Positions 17,933-27,768 of a stretch of 38,304 bases of DNA are shown in pieces (within the stretch, counting starts at the first letter, position 1; the number at the start of each line of letters is the position of its first letter). The DNA lies in the sequence record SRR31156797_4761, one strand, 5' to 3'. The notes beneath the pieces were generated by a model. That model was not told the origin of the DNA. It worked only from the letters and a program-made list of their open reading frames with translations, and did not search any database. Made by a program: the position numbers and the translations under genes.

Positions 17933-18337
17933 ATGGAAGCAAAGGTTAAGTGGGTTGAAGATTTTAAGTTTCTGGGTGAGTCAAACTCAGGGCATTCAAT
18001 CGTCATGGATGGTAATGGTGGTGCTACCGCACCAAGTCCAATGGAAATGGTGTTAATGGGCGCTGGTGGTTGTAGCTCTGTCGATGTTGTTGATGGGCTT
18101 AAGAAGGCGAACCAAAAAGTCACGGCTTGCGTTGCCAAGCTTTCCGCTGAGCGTCGAGAAAAAGCGCCACGATTGTTTACCACCATTAACGTTCATTTTG
18201 TGGTGACGGGTGAAAATCTGGATGAGAAGCTTGTTGAACAAGTGACAACGGATTCACTGCAAAAATACTGCTCAGTGTGTTTGATGTTGGGCGAGAGTGT
18301 GGATATGACCCACAGTTGGGAAGTGGTTGCCGGTTAA
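17933..18337 (+). CDS. OsmC family protein (YhfA-like)
   Basis: SNSGHSIVMDG, SPMEMVLMGAGGCS, KYCSVCLML with two conserved Cys. Confidence 0.9.
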   Translation: MEAKVKWVEDFKFLGESNSGHSIVMDGNGGATAPSPMEMVLMGAGGCSSVDVVDGLKKANQKVTACVAKLSAERREKAPRLFTTINVHFVVTGENLDEKLVEQVTTDSLQKYCSVCLMLGESVDMTHSWEVVAG

Positions 18338-18365
18338 TTTAACGGTCACTACGACAGTTTGAATG

Positions 18366-18393
18366 AAAGAAAGGCTGAATGTTCAGCCTTTCT
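18366..18393. terminator. Hairpin terminator between convergent genes
   Basis: AGAAAGGCTGAA-tg-TTCAGCCTTTCT. Confidence 0.7.
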
Positions 18394-18437
18394 GATATTT
18401 GAAGCCTAGATACTATGTGTGTCGTGACTGACCCGTT

Positions 18438-19142
18438 TTAGGCGATAAAGGTCGAAATAACACCGATCACACCGCCAAAAATACCGCCCCATACGACCAA
18501 CCAGCCAAGATGCTCTTTGATCATCTTTTGAACCATCTCTTTCACAAGTTGTGGCGTGAGTTCACTTAAGCGTTGATCGATGATGCCTTCGATGTTGTCT
18601 TTGATTTCATCAAGCATTTCTGGGGATTCTAACTGTTCCTTTAATGCATCTCTCACCGAATCACTTTCACTGAGTTCAAGCATCGATTCTTGCATTTTTT
18701 CGACGAAAGGTTGTTTCAGTGGCTGAAGCGCTTCAACGCCGCCAAACATGGCAAGCATGCCGCCGAATTGAGAGTTTGCGATTACATCGACGAGTTTATC
18801 GAAACTCGGATTGAAATCGACCTTAGCAATGACAGGAGTGAGGTTAAGCGGCTGTTTACCACTCATTTCCTGATTAAGGAAACGATCGATGTTCTTATCG
18901 GTAAAGAATTGTCCCATCATTAAGGTTTTAATGGCGTTCTTAAACGCTTCAAAACGAGCGGGAATAACGCCTGAACCGTATAGACCTGGCACTTTCTCAA
19001 ATAGCATATAAATGGCTAGCCAGTTGGTAATGGCGCCAGAAAAGGCAAACAGACCAGCGTAGAGTGCAATTTGGTTCTGTGTGGAGTAACCAAAAGCAAG
19101 AACGGCAAGAGAAACAATATTGGTAATAAGACTTTTATTCAT
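18438..19142 (-). CDS. DUF445 family membrane protein
   Basis: GAITNWLAIYMLF..GVIP near the N-terminus; C-terminal HLGWLVVWGGIFGG. Confidence 0.85.
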   Translation of the reverse strand: MNKSLITNIVSLAVLAFGYSTQNQIALYAGLFAFSGAITNWLAIYMLFEKVPGLYGSGVIPARFEAFKNAIKTLMMGQFFTDKNIDRFLNQEMSGKQPLNLTPVIAKVDFNPSFDKLVDVIANSQFGGMLAMFGGVEALQPLKQPFVEKMQESMLELSESDSVRDALKEQLESPEMLDEIKDNIEGIIDQRLSELTPQLVKEMVQKMIKEHLGWLVVWGGIFGGVIGVISTFIA

Positions 19143-19251
19143 AGCTGAACTGATAGTTATACAAAGTTAGCTGAATTTTAAGAGAAATTAGCCGCAGATA
19201 AAAGAGAAGAGCCAACCTTAGTGGCTGACTCTTTGGTTTTTATGGGGAGTC

Positions 19252-21105
19252 TTAAGCGACATCTTCCTGATTGTTTTCTTCGCAACCGATGAATCCGCCT
19301 GTTTGATGCGCCCAAAGGTGTGCGTAGATGCCTTTATACTCGAGCAATTCTTGATGGGTACCTTGTTCGACAATCTTACCTTCATCAAGGACGATTAATC
19401 GATCCATGGCGGCGATGGTTGATAGACGGTGAGCGATAGCGATAACGGTTTTCCCCTCCATTAACTCAAGTAAGCTCTCTTGAATAGCCGCTTCGACTTC
19501 AGAATCAAGCGCTGAAGTGGCTTCATCCATGATGAGAAGTGGTGCATCTTTGAGTAATACTCGGGAAATAGCGATTCTTTGGCGTTGTCCTCCGGAAAGC
19601 TTAACACCACGCTCTCCAACCTGTGCATCGTATCCCACATTGCCATGTGGATCTGTTAAAGAGGTAATGAATTCATGCGCGTGAGCTTGCTCTGTTGCTT
19701 TTAGCAGTTCCTCTTCTGTGGCAACCGGTCTGCTGTACAAGATGTTGTCACGAATTGAACGGTGAAGCAGAGATGTATCTTGCGTAACCATACCAATTGC
19801 GCGACGTAATGAATCTTGGGTGACTTTTGAAATGATCTGGCCATCGATTTTAATTTGTCCGCTTTCTACATCATGAAAACGCAGCAGTAGGTTAACTAAG
19901 GTGGATTTACCTGCACCAGAACGGCCCACTAGGCCAACTTTTTCGCCAGGTTTAATCTTAAGATTAAGATGATCAATCACACCTTTGTTTTCACCATAGT
20001 GGAAGCTCACATCGTCAAACTCAATGCCTCCATCTGAAACCACGAGTTCTTTCGCTTGTTTGTCATCTTGGATATCAATCGGTTTGGAAAGCATTTTCAT
20101 ACCATCGACAACGGTCCCCATGTTTTCAAACAGACCGCCCACTTCCCACATAATCCATTTCGACATGCCGTTAATCCGCAGTGCAAGGCTGACAGCAATC
20201 GCAATCGCGCCGACAGAAATAGCACTTTGCATCCATAAATAGATGGAAATCGCTGAGATTGAAAACAGCAGAATATAGTTAGCGAGTTCAACCCAAACAT
20301 TAAAACCCGTGACCAAACGCATTTGACGATGAACGGTGTCAAGAAAGCTACCCATTCCTTCTTTGGCATATTCTGTCTCACGCTTACTGTGTGAAAACAG
20401 CTTTACGGTAGAAATATTGGTATAGCTGTCCACGATTCGACCTGTCATTTGTGAACGCGAATCCGCCTGCTCAGATGACACAGATTTCAGCTTAGGGACG
20501 TAATAAAGCTGGATTGAGATGTAAGCAACTAACCAAATCAGCATGGGCATCATCAGACGCCAGTCGGCTTGAGCAAGCATCACCAATACCGCAGTAAAGT
20601 AAACTGCGACATACACAAACACATCGATCGCCTTCATCACCGTCTCGCGGATAGCGAGTGATGTTTGCATGACTTTGGTTGCAATACGGCCAGAAAACTC
20701 ATCTTGGTAAAATGAAAGGCTCTGCTTTAAAAGATAGCGGTGCGCTAACCAACGTATAGACATTGGATAGTTGCCGAGCATGGTTTGATGGATCAGCAGT
20801 GAATAGAAGCCAATCATGATTGGCATCACGACTAAAATCAGTACCGACAAACCAATTAAGATTTCTTTATTATCCGCGAAGAATGTTTCGGGGTTACTGG
20901 TGGTTAGCCAATCGACCAGTTGTCCCATAAAACCGAATAGAGAGACTTCGATGATTGCGATCATCATGCTCATTAGCCCTAATATAGCTAAAGGCTTTTC
21001 GTATCCTTTTGTGTAATGCAGACAGAACGCAAGTAGGGTATTGGGTGGCCTATCAGGATCCTTTTTAGGGAAGGCTTCGGTGAAGCTTTCAAATTTGTTG
21101 TACAT
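19252..21105 (-). CDS. ABC exporter, fused TMD-NBD (multidrug-type)
   Basis: 6-TM domain; Walker A GRSGAGKS, LSGGQ signature, Walker B IMDEATSALD, IAHRLST. Confidence 0.95.
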   Translation of the reverse strand: MYNKFESFTEAFPKKDPDRPPNTLLAFCLHYTKGYEKPLAILGLMSMMIAIIEVSLFGFMGQLVDWLTTSNPETFFADNKEILIGLSVLILVVMPIMIGFYSLLIHQTMLGNYPMSIRWLAHRYLLKQSLSFYQDEFSGRIATKVMQTSLAIRETVMKAIDVFVYVAVYFTAVLVMLAQADWRLMMPMLIWLVAYISIQLYYVPKLKSVSSEQADSRSQMTGRIVDSYTNISTVKLFSHSKRETEYAKEGMGSFLDTVHRQMRLVTGFNVWVELANYILLFSISAISIYLWMQSAISVGAIAIAVSLALRINGMSKWIMWEVGGLFENMGTVVDGMKMLSKPIDIQDDKQAKELVVSDGGIEFDDVSFHYGENKGVIDHLNLKIKPGEKVGLVGRSGAGKSTLVNLLLRFHDVESGQIKIDGQIISKVTQDSLRRAIGMVTQDTSLLHRSIRDNILYSRPVATEEELLKATEQAHAHEFITSLTDPHGNVGYDAQVGERGVKLSGGQRQRIAISRVLLKDAPLLIMDEATSALDSEVEAAIQESLLELMEGKTVIAIAHRLSTIAAMDRLIVLDEGKIVEQGTHQELLEYKGIYAHLWAHQTGGFIGCEENNQEDVA

Positions 21106-21533
21106 GAAAAATCCTTATTATGTTTTTCGCTTTGGTCATCTCTTTGAGGCAGAAAAGGGGGATGAAGCGTTATTTATAGAGTGTAACTGCACAAATGTGA
21201 TTTTGGTGGAACGCAGAAATTTACTGTCCTAACCATATGCAATCAAATGACTTAAGCTTGGCAGTATAACGTTAAATACAAGTAAATAAGAGTATAAAAT
21301 ATCGACAAGTTACTATGCCTGCGACCGATTAAACAAAGTACTCTCATTATCTGAAAAATCTGCATATTAAGTGCATAGATTTCCTTTGCTAAGTCTGCTT
21401 GCAGTAAATATTGCTGTAATTTATATGTTTGGCAGAAAGTTTTTGGTATGGGCTGGGGGAAATTTACTTAAATTCAGTAAAACTTAATATAACAATATGC
21501 TTACAATTCGATTCATATACAGAACAAATGGAT

Positions 21534-22523
21534 ATGTTTTCGAAAATGCTACAGCCACAAAATCTATCACAGTTTGATCGTCCTTCGTTGCAAAATGCGA
21601 CCTGTGTGGTAATGGTTCCACCGAAGGAATTTAAGTTTAACCCGCAAACCGCACAAGATAACGAATTTCAGCATCGCCCTTCGTTCAATGATGAACAAAT
21701 CACGCTAAGAGTGATGGCAGAATTTGATCAAATGGTGGCAAAGTTACGCTATGAAGGTGTTCAAGTGGTGGTTTTTGATTACCCATTGGGTGAGGTAGCG
21801 ACACCGGATGCTGTTTTTCCCAACAACTGGTTTAGTACCACGTCTGATGGTGCATTGTTCACCTTTCCAATGGCCTGTACTAATCGTCAGCATGAAGTTC
21901 GCCCTAGCGAACTGATTGAACAGCTGTCTGCCGCTGGACGCCGCGTCGCACAAGTTGACTCTCTGGTTGGCTACCAGCAAAAAAATGCGTATTTGGAAAG
22001 TACTGGCGTGATGGTGATCGACCATATTAATCGTACTATCTATGCTGCTTTGTCGCAGCGATGTGATCGTGAAGTATTAGAAGATTACGCTCAGCGTATC
22101 GGTTATGAGCGCGTTGTCTCTTTTCAAACCATGTTGCCTTCCGGGAAGCCTATCTACCACACCAATGTGATGATGGCGATTGGGGAAAGTTTTTGCGTAA
22201 TTTGTGATGAAGTGATCCCAGAGTATGAGCGCCGCTTTGTGGTGAAATCGTTGGCTAAAGATAAGCAAGTGATCTCGATTTCGAGTGAGCAAATGAATTG
22301 TTTCTGCGGCAATATTTTACAGTTGGAGACGGTAAATGGAGACAAAGTGATTGCGATGTCTCAGTCTGCTTACGATGCATTTTCTCCTGCCCAACTTAAT
22401 CAACTGGCGAGCCATGGCAAACTGCTTGCGTTTGATGTTGGAACGATAGAAAACATCGGTGGTGGCAGCGTGCGTTGTATGTTGGGTGAAGTGTTTCTTC
22501 CTGCTCGCACCAACAACCTATAA
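21534..22523 (+). CDS. Amidinotransferase-superfamily hydrolase, CtlX-like (citrulline utilisation)
   Basis: TPDAVFPNNWFS, LESTG, YHTNVMM, GGGSVRCM (catalytic Cys). Start uncertain (21528/21534/21546). Confidence 0.82.
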   Translation: MFSKMLQPQNLSQFDRPSLQNATCVVMVPPKEFKFNPQTAQDNEFQHRPSFNDEQITLRVMAEFDQMVAKLRYEGVQVVVFDYPLGEVATPDAVFPNNWFSTTSDGALFTFPMACTNRQHEVRPSELIEQLSAAGRRVAQVDSLVGYQQKNAYLESTGVMVIDHINRTIYAALSQRCDREVLEDYAQRIGYERVVSFQTMLPSGKPIYHTNVMMAIGESFCVICDEVIPEYERRFVVKSLAKDKQVISISSEQMNCFCGNILQLETVNGDKVIAMSQSAYDAFSPAQLNQLASHGKLLAFDVGTIENIGGGSVRCMLGEVFLPARTNNL

Positions 22524-22525
22524 CC

Positions 22526-23644
22526 CTATTTGTCTTTAAAACGGGTCACGATATCCGTGGCCTGTTCTACATTATCGATCAGAGCATTAACACAATCTCT
22601 ATCCAGCTTACCTTGTTCCGTCATTGCTAGCAGTTCTTCAAACGCTACTTCAATCGAAAAGGCTTCTTTGTATGGGCGCTTGCTTGTCAGTGCATCGAAG
22701 ATATCGGCCACGGTAACGATTCTTGCTTCAATAGGAATCTCGTCCGCTGATAACCCCTTAGGGTAACCGCTGCCATCAAGGTATTCATGATGTCCGGCGA
22801 CGATATTGAGCATCAATTTTGAGTCCGATAGATGGGATAATTGATAGTCTTCCAATACCTGCTCGATTATTTGAATCCCTTTGGTGACATGGTCTTTCAT
22901 GATGTCGAATTCTTGCTTATCTAATTTTCCTGGTTTCAGTAAAATCTTATCGGGAATGCCGATTTTCCCAATATCATGTAACGGGCTAAATAAATACAGG
23001 TGTTCGATAAACTCATCAGAAAACTGGTACTTGGGCGCTATCGCTTTGGCAATCAATCTTGATAACAGGGCCATGCGATTTAAGTGCATACCCGTTTCAA
23101 AATCACGTAAATGGGCAAAATCTCGAGCCGCTTTTGCTGTTGCAAGCAGTGCCTGTACCGTTGATATTTCACTGACGATGGTTAAGGTGATCAGTTTAGT
23201 TAGTAGGATGAGATCCCGCTGAACCTGTTCAGTGAAGTAACCTTCCTGTTCGCTATCGATGAAGATAAAGCCAATAAAATGGTTATCCGTAGCCATCGGA
23301 ATGGTAAATGAAGAACGATAGTGTTGTTCTAAGAGCCAGTCGGAATGAGCGGTACCGCTTCCGATGGATTGTTCAATATTGTCGATCACTCGGCAGCTTT
23401 GCGACTCTTTGAGTTTTTGCAACTGGTAGCTTTGACTAAGAGGAAATTCATACTGATTAATGGCATGGCCAGTATGAGTACTGTTAATGAAAGTTTTAAG
23501 CAGATCTGTATGAGGGTCATACAGGGTGCAAGCAATGCGGCAAACGCCGGGTGACCGTTCCAGTATACTATCGTGCAATCCTTTCAAGCGTTCTGATAGC
23601 GACTCTTCTATTTTTCCTACTTGTCCGTTTAAAATGCTAGCCAT
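22526..23644 (-). CDS. GAF + HD-GYP cyclic-dinucleotide phosphodiesterase (paralog 1)
   Basis: ETGMH, LHDIGKIG, HHEYLDGSGYP, VADIFDALTSKRPYK; GAF-like YRSSFTIPM..IGFIFID; AAAGG RBS before ATG 23644. Confidence 0.92.
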   Translation of the reverse strand: MASILNGQVGKIEESLSERLKGLHDSILERSPGVCRIACTLYDPHTDLLKTFINSTHTGHAINQYEFPLSQSYQLQKLKESQSCRVIDNIEQSIGSGTAHSDWLLEQHYRSSFTIPMATDNHFIGFIFIDSEQEGYFTEQVQRDLILLTKLITLTIVSEISTVQALLATAKAARDFAHLRDFETGMHLNRMALLSRLIAKAIAPKYQFSDEFIEHLYLFSPLHDIGKIGIPDKILLKPGKLDKQEFDIMKDHVTKGIQIIEQVLEDYQLSHLSDSKLMLNIVAGHHEYLDGSGYPKGLSADEIPIEARIVTVADIFDALTSKRPYKEAFSIEVAFEELLAMTEQGKLDRDCVNALIDNVEQATDIVTRFKDK

Positions 23645-23796
23645 ATTTAACCTTTCGTCCATTAGGTGACTAACTCTAGTATAAATCTTGATGAATAAGT
23701 TGGTTTTATTCTGTTTACTAAAGACTGAGTTTTTTGAGCAAAGATCGCTTTATTGAGTGACTTCAGTATCAATAATTGTCGCTTACACATCTGCCT

Positions 23797-24921
23797 TTAA
23801 TCATCCCTATAGCGAGTCACGATATCCGAGGCTTGATCAATGTTACTTACCAAGGCTTCGACACATAGAGGGTCCAATCGACCAATGTCAGCGAGTGCTT
23901 GCAGCCCCTCTATCGATTTGTCGATCGGCATTGCTTCTTTGTAAGGCCGTTTACTCGTCAAAGCATCGAAGATATCGGCTACGGTGACAATTCGCGCCTC
24001 AATGGGTATTTCGTCGCCAACTAAACCTTTTGGGTAGCCGCTACCGTTTAAGTATTCGTGGTGGCAAGCAACAATATTAAGCATCAGTTGGGAATCGTTA
24101 AGATGAGCCAAGTGATAGTTGTCTAATACATCAGAAATGATGTCCGTCCCCTTATCGACATGGCCTTTCATCACCTCAAACTCTTGCTCGGTGAGCTTGC
24201 CGGGTTTAAATAGTATTTCGTCAGGGATACCTATCTTGCCAATGTCATGCAGTGGACTAAACCAATATAACTGGTCGATAAACTCATTGGTGAGCTCAAG
24301 TTTGTCTGCAACGGATTTAGCAATCATGCGCGATAGCAGGGCCATCCGGTTGAGGTGGCGGCCGGTTTCAAAATCTCTGAGATGGGCAAAATGACTCGCT
24401 TCTTGGCCTGATGAGATCAGTGTTCGCACGGTAGAAATTTCGCTGATGACGGTTAAAGTAATCAGCTTGGTTAACAACACTAAATCTCTCTGTATTCGGT
24501 CGTCGAAGTAGCCCTCTGTATCACTATCGATAAAAATAAAGCCAATAAAATCTTGTTCGGAAATCATGGGTATGACGAAGGAGGTGCAATATTTGGACTC
24601 ATCCAGAAAATCGAAATCAGCTTCGGTTGTTCCATTACTCTGATTATCGTTCGTTCGGTTAATCACTTGGCTGGTTTGGCTTTTTTGTAGCTGTTGTAAT
24701 TGATTGCTTTGACTCAGTGGGAAGTCGTAGTGGTCTATATCGTGCCCTGATTGGGCGCTGTTGCTGAACATCTGGAGTTGGTCACTCTCTGGTTCGTAGA
24801 GTGTACAGATGATGCGGCAAACACCTGGCGACCGCTCTAGAATGGTTGCATGCAGCTCTTTTAGTCTTTCTGTTAACGAAAGTTCATCACTGCTCAATAC
24901 GTTATTTGAAATGCCAGCCAT
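23797..24921 (-). CDS. GAF + HD-GYP cyclic-dinucleotide phosphodiesterase (paralog 2)
   Basis: ETGRH, LHDIGKIG, HHEYLNGSGYP, VADIFDALTSKRPYK; colinear with its neighbour. Confidence 0.92.
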   Translation of the reverse strand: MAGISNNVLSSDELSLTERLKELHATILERSPGVCRIICTLYEPESDQLQMFSNSAQSGHDIDHYDFPLSQSNQLQQLQKSQTSQVINRTNDNQSNGTTEADFDFLDESKYCTSFVIPMISEQDFIGFIFIDSDTEGYFDDRIQRDLVLLTKLITLTVISEISTVRTLISSGQEASHFAHLRDFETGRHLNRMALLSRMIAKSVADKLELTNEFIDQLYWFSPLHDIGKIGIPDEILFKPGKLTEQEFEVMKGHVDKGTDIISDVLDNYHLAHLNDSQLMLNIVACHHEYLNGSGYPKGLVGDEIPIEARIVTVADIFDALTSKRPYKEAMPIDKSIEGLQALADIGRLDPLCVEALVSNIDQASDIVTRYRDD

Positions 24922-25124
24922 TGTTCCCCCAACTCACTGATATTCATAGTAAGTATAATGCTAGTCCATTAGTGCTGTTTTTGGCGGCAAATTATGGGGT
25001 ATTTCGTGAGTTGTCGCATATCTAATCATTATGGTTTATTGGTTCTTAAGTTGTAGTATTGAAAGGTCTACGTAAACGACTTACGCAGGTATAATCATCA
25101 TTGATTGTGAACGTAGGAGTTATG

Positions 25125-25709
25125 ATGACTAAGACCTTTTATATGATGCGCCATGGACAAACTTTATTTAACGTGCGAAGAAAAATTCAAGGATGGTGCG
25201 ATTCACCACTAACGGAGGAGGGGATCAAGCAGGCCGAAATGGCAGCAGATTTTTTCGATACTGTTCAGCTGGATCGTCTTTATAGCTCTTCTACTGAGCG
25301 GGCGAGCGATACCGCTGAGATTGTGACACGTAATAGAATGCCCGTGACACGCCTAAAAGGGTTAAAAGAGATGAACTTTGGCGTGTTTGAAGGGGAGAGT
25401 GAAGATCTGCACCCTGATTACCAATCGCGTGAAACTCATTATTTGCAGTTTGGTGGTGAATCTCGCCAGCAGTTGAAAGACAGAGTTTTAAAAACGTGTA
25501 TTGAGATTATGGAACAAGACGGAAACGACACCGTTCTTGCTGTCTCTCATTCTGGTGCGTGTAAGCACTTTTTATCCTTGTGGCATGAGCTAGACGATGT
25601 TCTCAAAGGGGCAATTCCAAATTGCTGCATATTTAAGTATGAATACCATGATAAGTCGTTTAAATTGATAGAAATTTTTGATGTTATTAGTAAAAACGAT
25701 TGTCGGTAA
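25125..25709 (+). CDS. Histidine phosphatase / phosphoglycerate mutase family protein
   Basis: RHGQT catalytic motif, QGWCDSPLT, EMNFG.FEG, VSH; AGGAG RBS at 25115-25119. Confidence 0.92.
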   Translation: MTKTFYMMRHGQTLFNVRRKIQGWCDSPLTEEGIKQAEMAADFFDTVQLDRLYSSSTERASDTAEIVTRNRMPVTRLKGLKEMNFGVFEGESEDLHPDYQSRETHYLQFGGESRQQLKDRVLKTCIEIMEQDGNDTVLAVSHSGACKHFLSLWHELDDVLKGAIPNCCIFKYEYHDKSFKLIEIFDVISKNDCR

Positions 25710-25732
25710 TGAGCGCTTAAGGAAGAGCAAAG

Positions 25733-26188
25733 ATGGAAATTAAAGTTGACGATTTACAAGGTGGCGAAGTCCTGAGTTTGCTGGAAGAACATCTGGCTGA
25801 TATGTATGCCACATCCCCACCTGAAAGTGTTCATGCGCTTGATGTTGAGGCGTTAAAAGCACCAGAGGTTACATTCTTTAGTGGATGGAAGAATGACCAA
25901 TTGATGGGGTGTGTTGCGATTAAGCAAATTGAAGATTGTCACGTTGAGCTAAAATCGATGCGAACCAGTCGACATGCAAGGCAATCCGGTGTTGCAAGCC
26001 AACTGCTCAAACATGTTTTAGAGGTAGCTAAGGCTCGTGGTAATACTCGTATCAGTTTGGAAACCGGATCTGAAGAATACTTTCGAGCGGCGAGAAATTT
26101 GTATCAGAAGTTTGGCTTTAGCGACTGCGAACCTTTTGCGACTTATCAGCCCGATCCGAATAGCCACTTTATGACTTGCCAACTCTAA
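25733..26188 (+). CDS. GNAT N-acetyltransferase (YedL/YsnE-like)
   Basis: SPPESVHALD, ELKSMRT..RQSGVA acetyl-CoA loop, SLETG, LYQKFGF. Confidence 0.9.
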   Translation: MEIKVDDLQGGEVLSLLEEHLADMYATSPPESVHALDVEALKAPEVTFFSGWKNDQLMGCVAIKQIEDCHVELKSMRTSRHARQSGVASQLLKHVLEVAKARGNTRISLETGSEEYFRAARNLYQKFGFSDCEPFATYQPDPNSHFMTCQL

Positions 26189-26236
26189 TAGCATTAATGA
26201 TGCTGTTTACGCCACTCTGAGTAATGGCTGGTTAGC

Positions 26237-27505
26237 TTAACCAGCCTCAATCACATATCCACCATTCCCACGCCTTTTGGCCTTATACATGGCTTGATCG
26301 GCTTTCGCTATCCATGATTCCTCATCAATATTTAATGTCGAGTCGAGGATAATAGCACCGATACTGCAGCTACAAGGCACTTCAATACCATTAAAGTCGA
26401 CACTTTCGGGAAGTGTAGTAAATATCCGTTGGCATATTTCGTGTGTATTTTTGTAGGGGTCTTCGAGTTCACTAAGGATGATAGTGAATTCATCACCGCC
26501 CAAACGTGAAACAATATCTTGAGGGCGAATCAAGTTAGCGAACGTTTCCGCAAAGAACTGGATAAGTTTGTCCCCGGTTTCATGACCAAAAGAGTCGTTC
26601 GTCTCTTTTAGCCCATCGAGATCGATGAACAGCAATGCCGAAGGCTTATGTTCTTGTTTCAAAACAGAGTTTAATGATTTTAGAAAGAAGCTTCGATTGG
26701 GTAGGCCCGTTAACGAGTCATGGTACGCTTGAAACTCTAAGCTACGCTGGAGGCTTCTAAGTTCCGTCACATCCTGCCCGTAGACGTAGAAATCGCCAAT
26801 GTTCAATTCTCCGGGGAGTAGAGTAAGATGCAGTACGCGGAACTGATTGCTGTATATCACCGGGTTGTCGTAGGCCTGCTGTTCTCCTGTCTCCCTTAGT
26901 TGGTCCACATATTTTTTGCTTCGACTGAACGCTTCTTTTCCCACAATCTCTTCAACGGTTGAGCCAATAATTTTATCCAGCGATGTGTCAAAAAACACTT
27001 CGTAGGTTTTATTGGCAAAGATAAAGCGGTTGTTGGCATCAATGTGTGAAACCAACACAGGTAACGTGTCAATAATGGGTAACAGCTGTGTCGCCGTTCT
27101 GGGGATGAGCTTTTGATTGCCGGTGATGTCATCAACAACAAAAATGAGTTTTTGTTGATCGTTTTGAACCAGAAGGCTTGCTTTGATAAAGCACCAAGTG
27201 ATATGGGTATCATAAAATGGCGCTTGAACTTCGATAACATGCAAAGGGGTAAGCCGATTGATTAAACAGTCTTTGGCTTTCTCTATTTCGTCCCTCTTGA
27301 TCGCCAAAGCATCCGTAATATGCACACCCTCTGCTTTGTGTAGATTAACAATGTCTCCGAAACGTTGATTACTTAGTTCAATTAAACCATCCAAATGGGT
27401 CACAGCAATCCCCACCGCCGTTTGATCAAAAGCAGTTTGCTTTAATGTTGTTTCATTGATGAAGGTATTAGGTGGTGTCGACATAGGCACATACTCTCTA
27501 TCCAC
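26237..27505 (-). CDS. PAS-PAS-GGDEF diguanylate cyclase
   Basis: Two PAS-like N-terminal segments; DSLTGLPNR, DLDGLKETND, intact GGDEF, I-site RPQD five residues upstream. Alternative start 27484. Confidence 0.92.
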   Translation of the reverse strand: MDREYVPMSTPPNTFINETTLKQTAFDQTAVGIAVTHLDGLIELSNQRFGDIVNLHKAEGVHITDALAIKRDEIEKAKDCLINRLTPLHVIEVQAPFYDTHITWCFIKASLLVQNDQQKLIFVVDDITGNQKLIPRTATQLLPIIDTLPVLVSHIDANNRFIFANKTYEVFFDTSLDKIIGSTVEEIVGKEAFSRSKKYVDQLRETGEQQAYDNPVIYSNQFRVLHLTLLPGELNIGDFYVYGQDVTELRSLQRSLEFQAYHDSLTGLPNRSFFLKSLNSVLKQEHKPSALLFIDLDGLKETNDSFGHETGDKLIQFFAETFANLIRPQDIVSRLGGDEFTIILSELEDPYKNTHEICQRIFTTLPESVDFNGIEVPCSCSIGAIILDSTLNIDEESWIAKADQAMYKAKRRGNGGYVIEAG

Positions 27506-27663
27506 ACAATATGTGTGGTTACTGTGTAAGGTAAGTGTATACGAGCGAATAAAATTTGCGTGGCGAGGTTATAAAAATGTTAATGTAATATGATTGAAAT
27601 GTTTGTGAAAATTTGTCGTATTTGTCTCATTTATGGGATGGGTATTATTGATAAATTGCTAGA

Positions 27664-27677
27664 TTGATTCCGGTCAA
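27664..27677. promoter_or_regulatory. FNR-like box
   Basis: TTGAT-tccg-GTCAA versus TTGAT-N4-ATCAA, between the divergent DGC and aer-like genes. Confidence 0.55.
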
Positions 27678-27768
27678 AAAAATACAGTAGATCACATGTT
27701 ACAACTAAACGCTTGATATTAAATATTAAACGTCCATGACTAATATAGGTATTAGCGAGTGTAACTGA

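Noticed and set aside
21355-21520. ArgR boxes upstream of the CtlX-like gene (TGCATATTAAGTGCA and others)
   Set aside because: Half-site spacing is off by one and the other matches are weak in AT-rich DNA; no tandem pair with a 3-bp gap.
22526-24921. HD-GYP pair as part of a CBASS or other defence system
   Set aside because: No CD-NTase, effector or Cap genes in the window.
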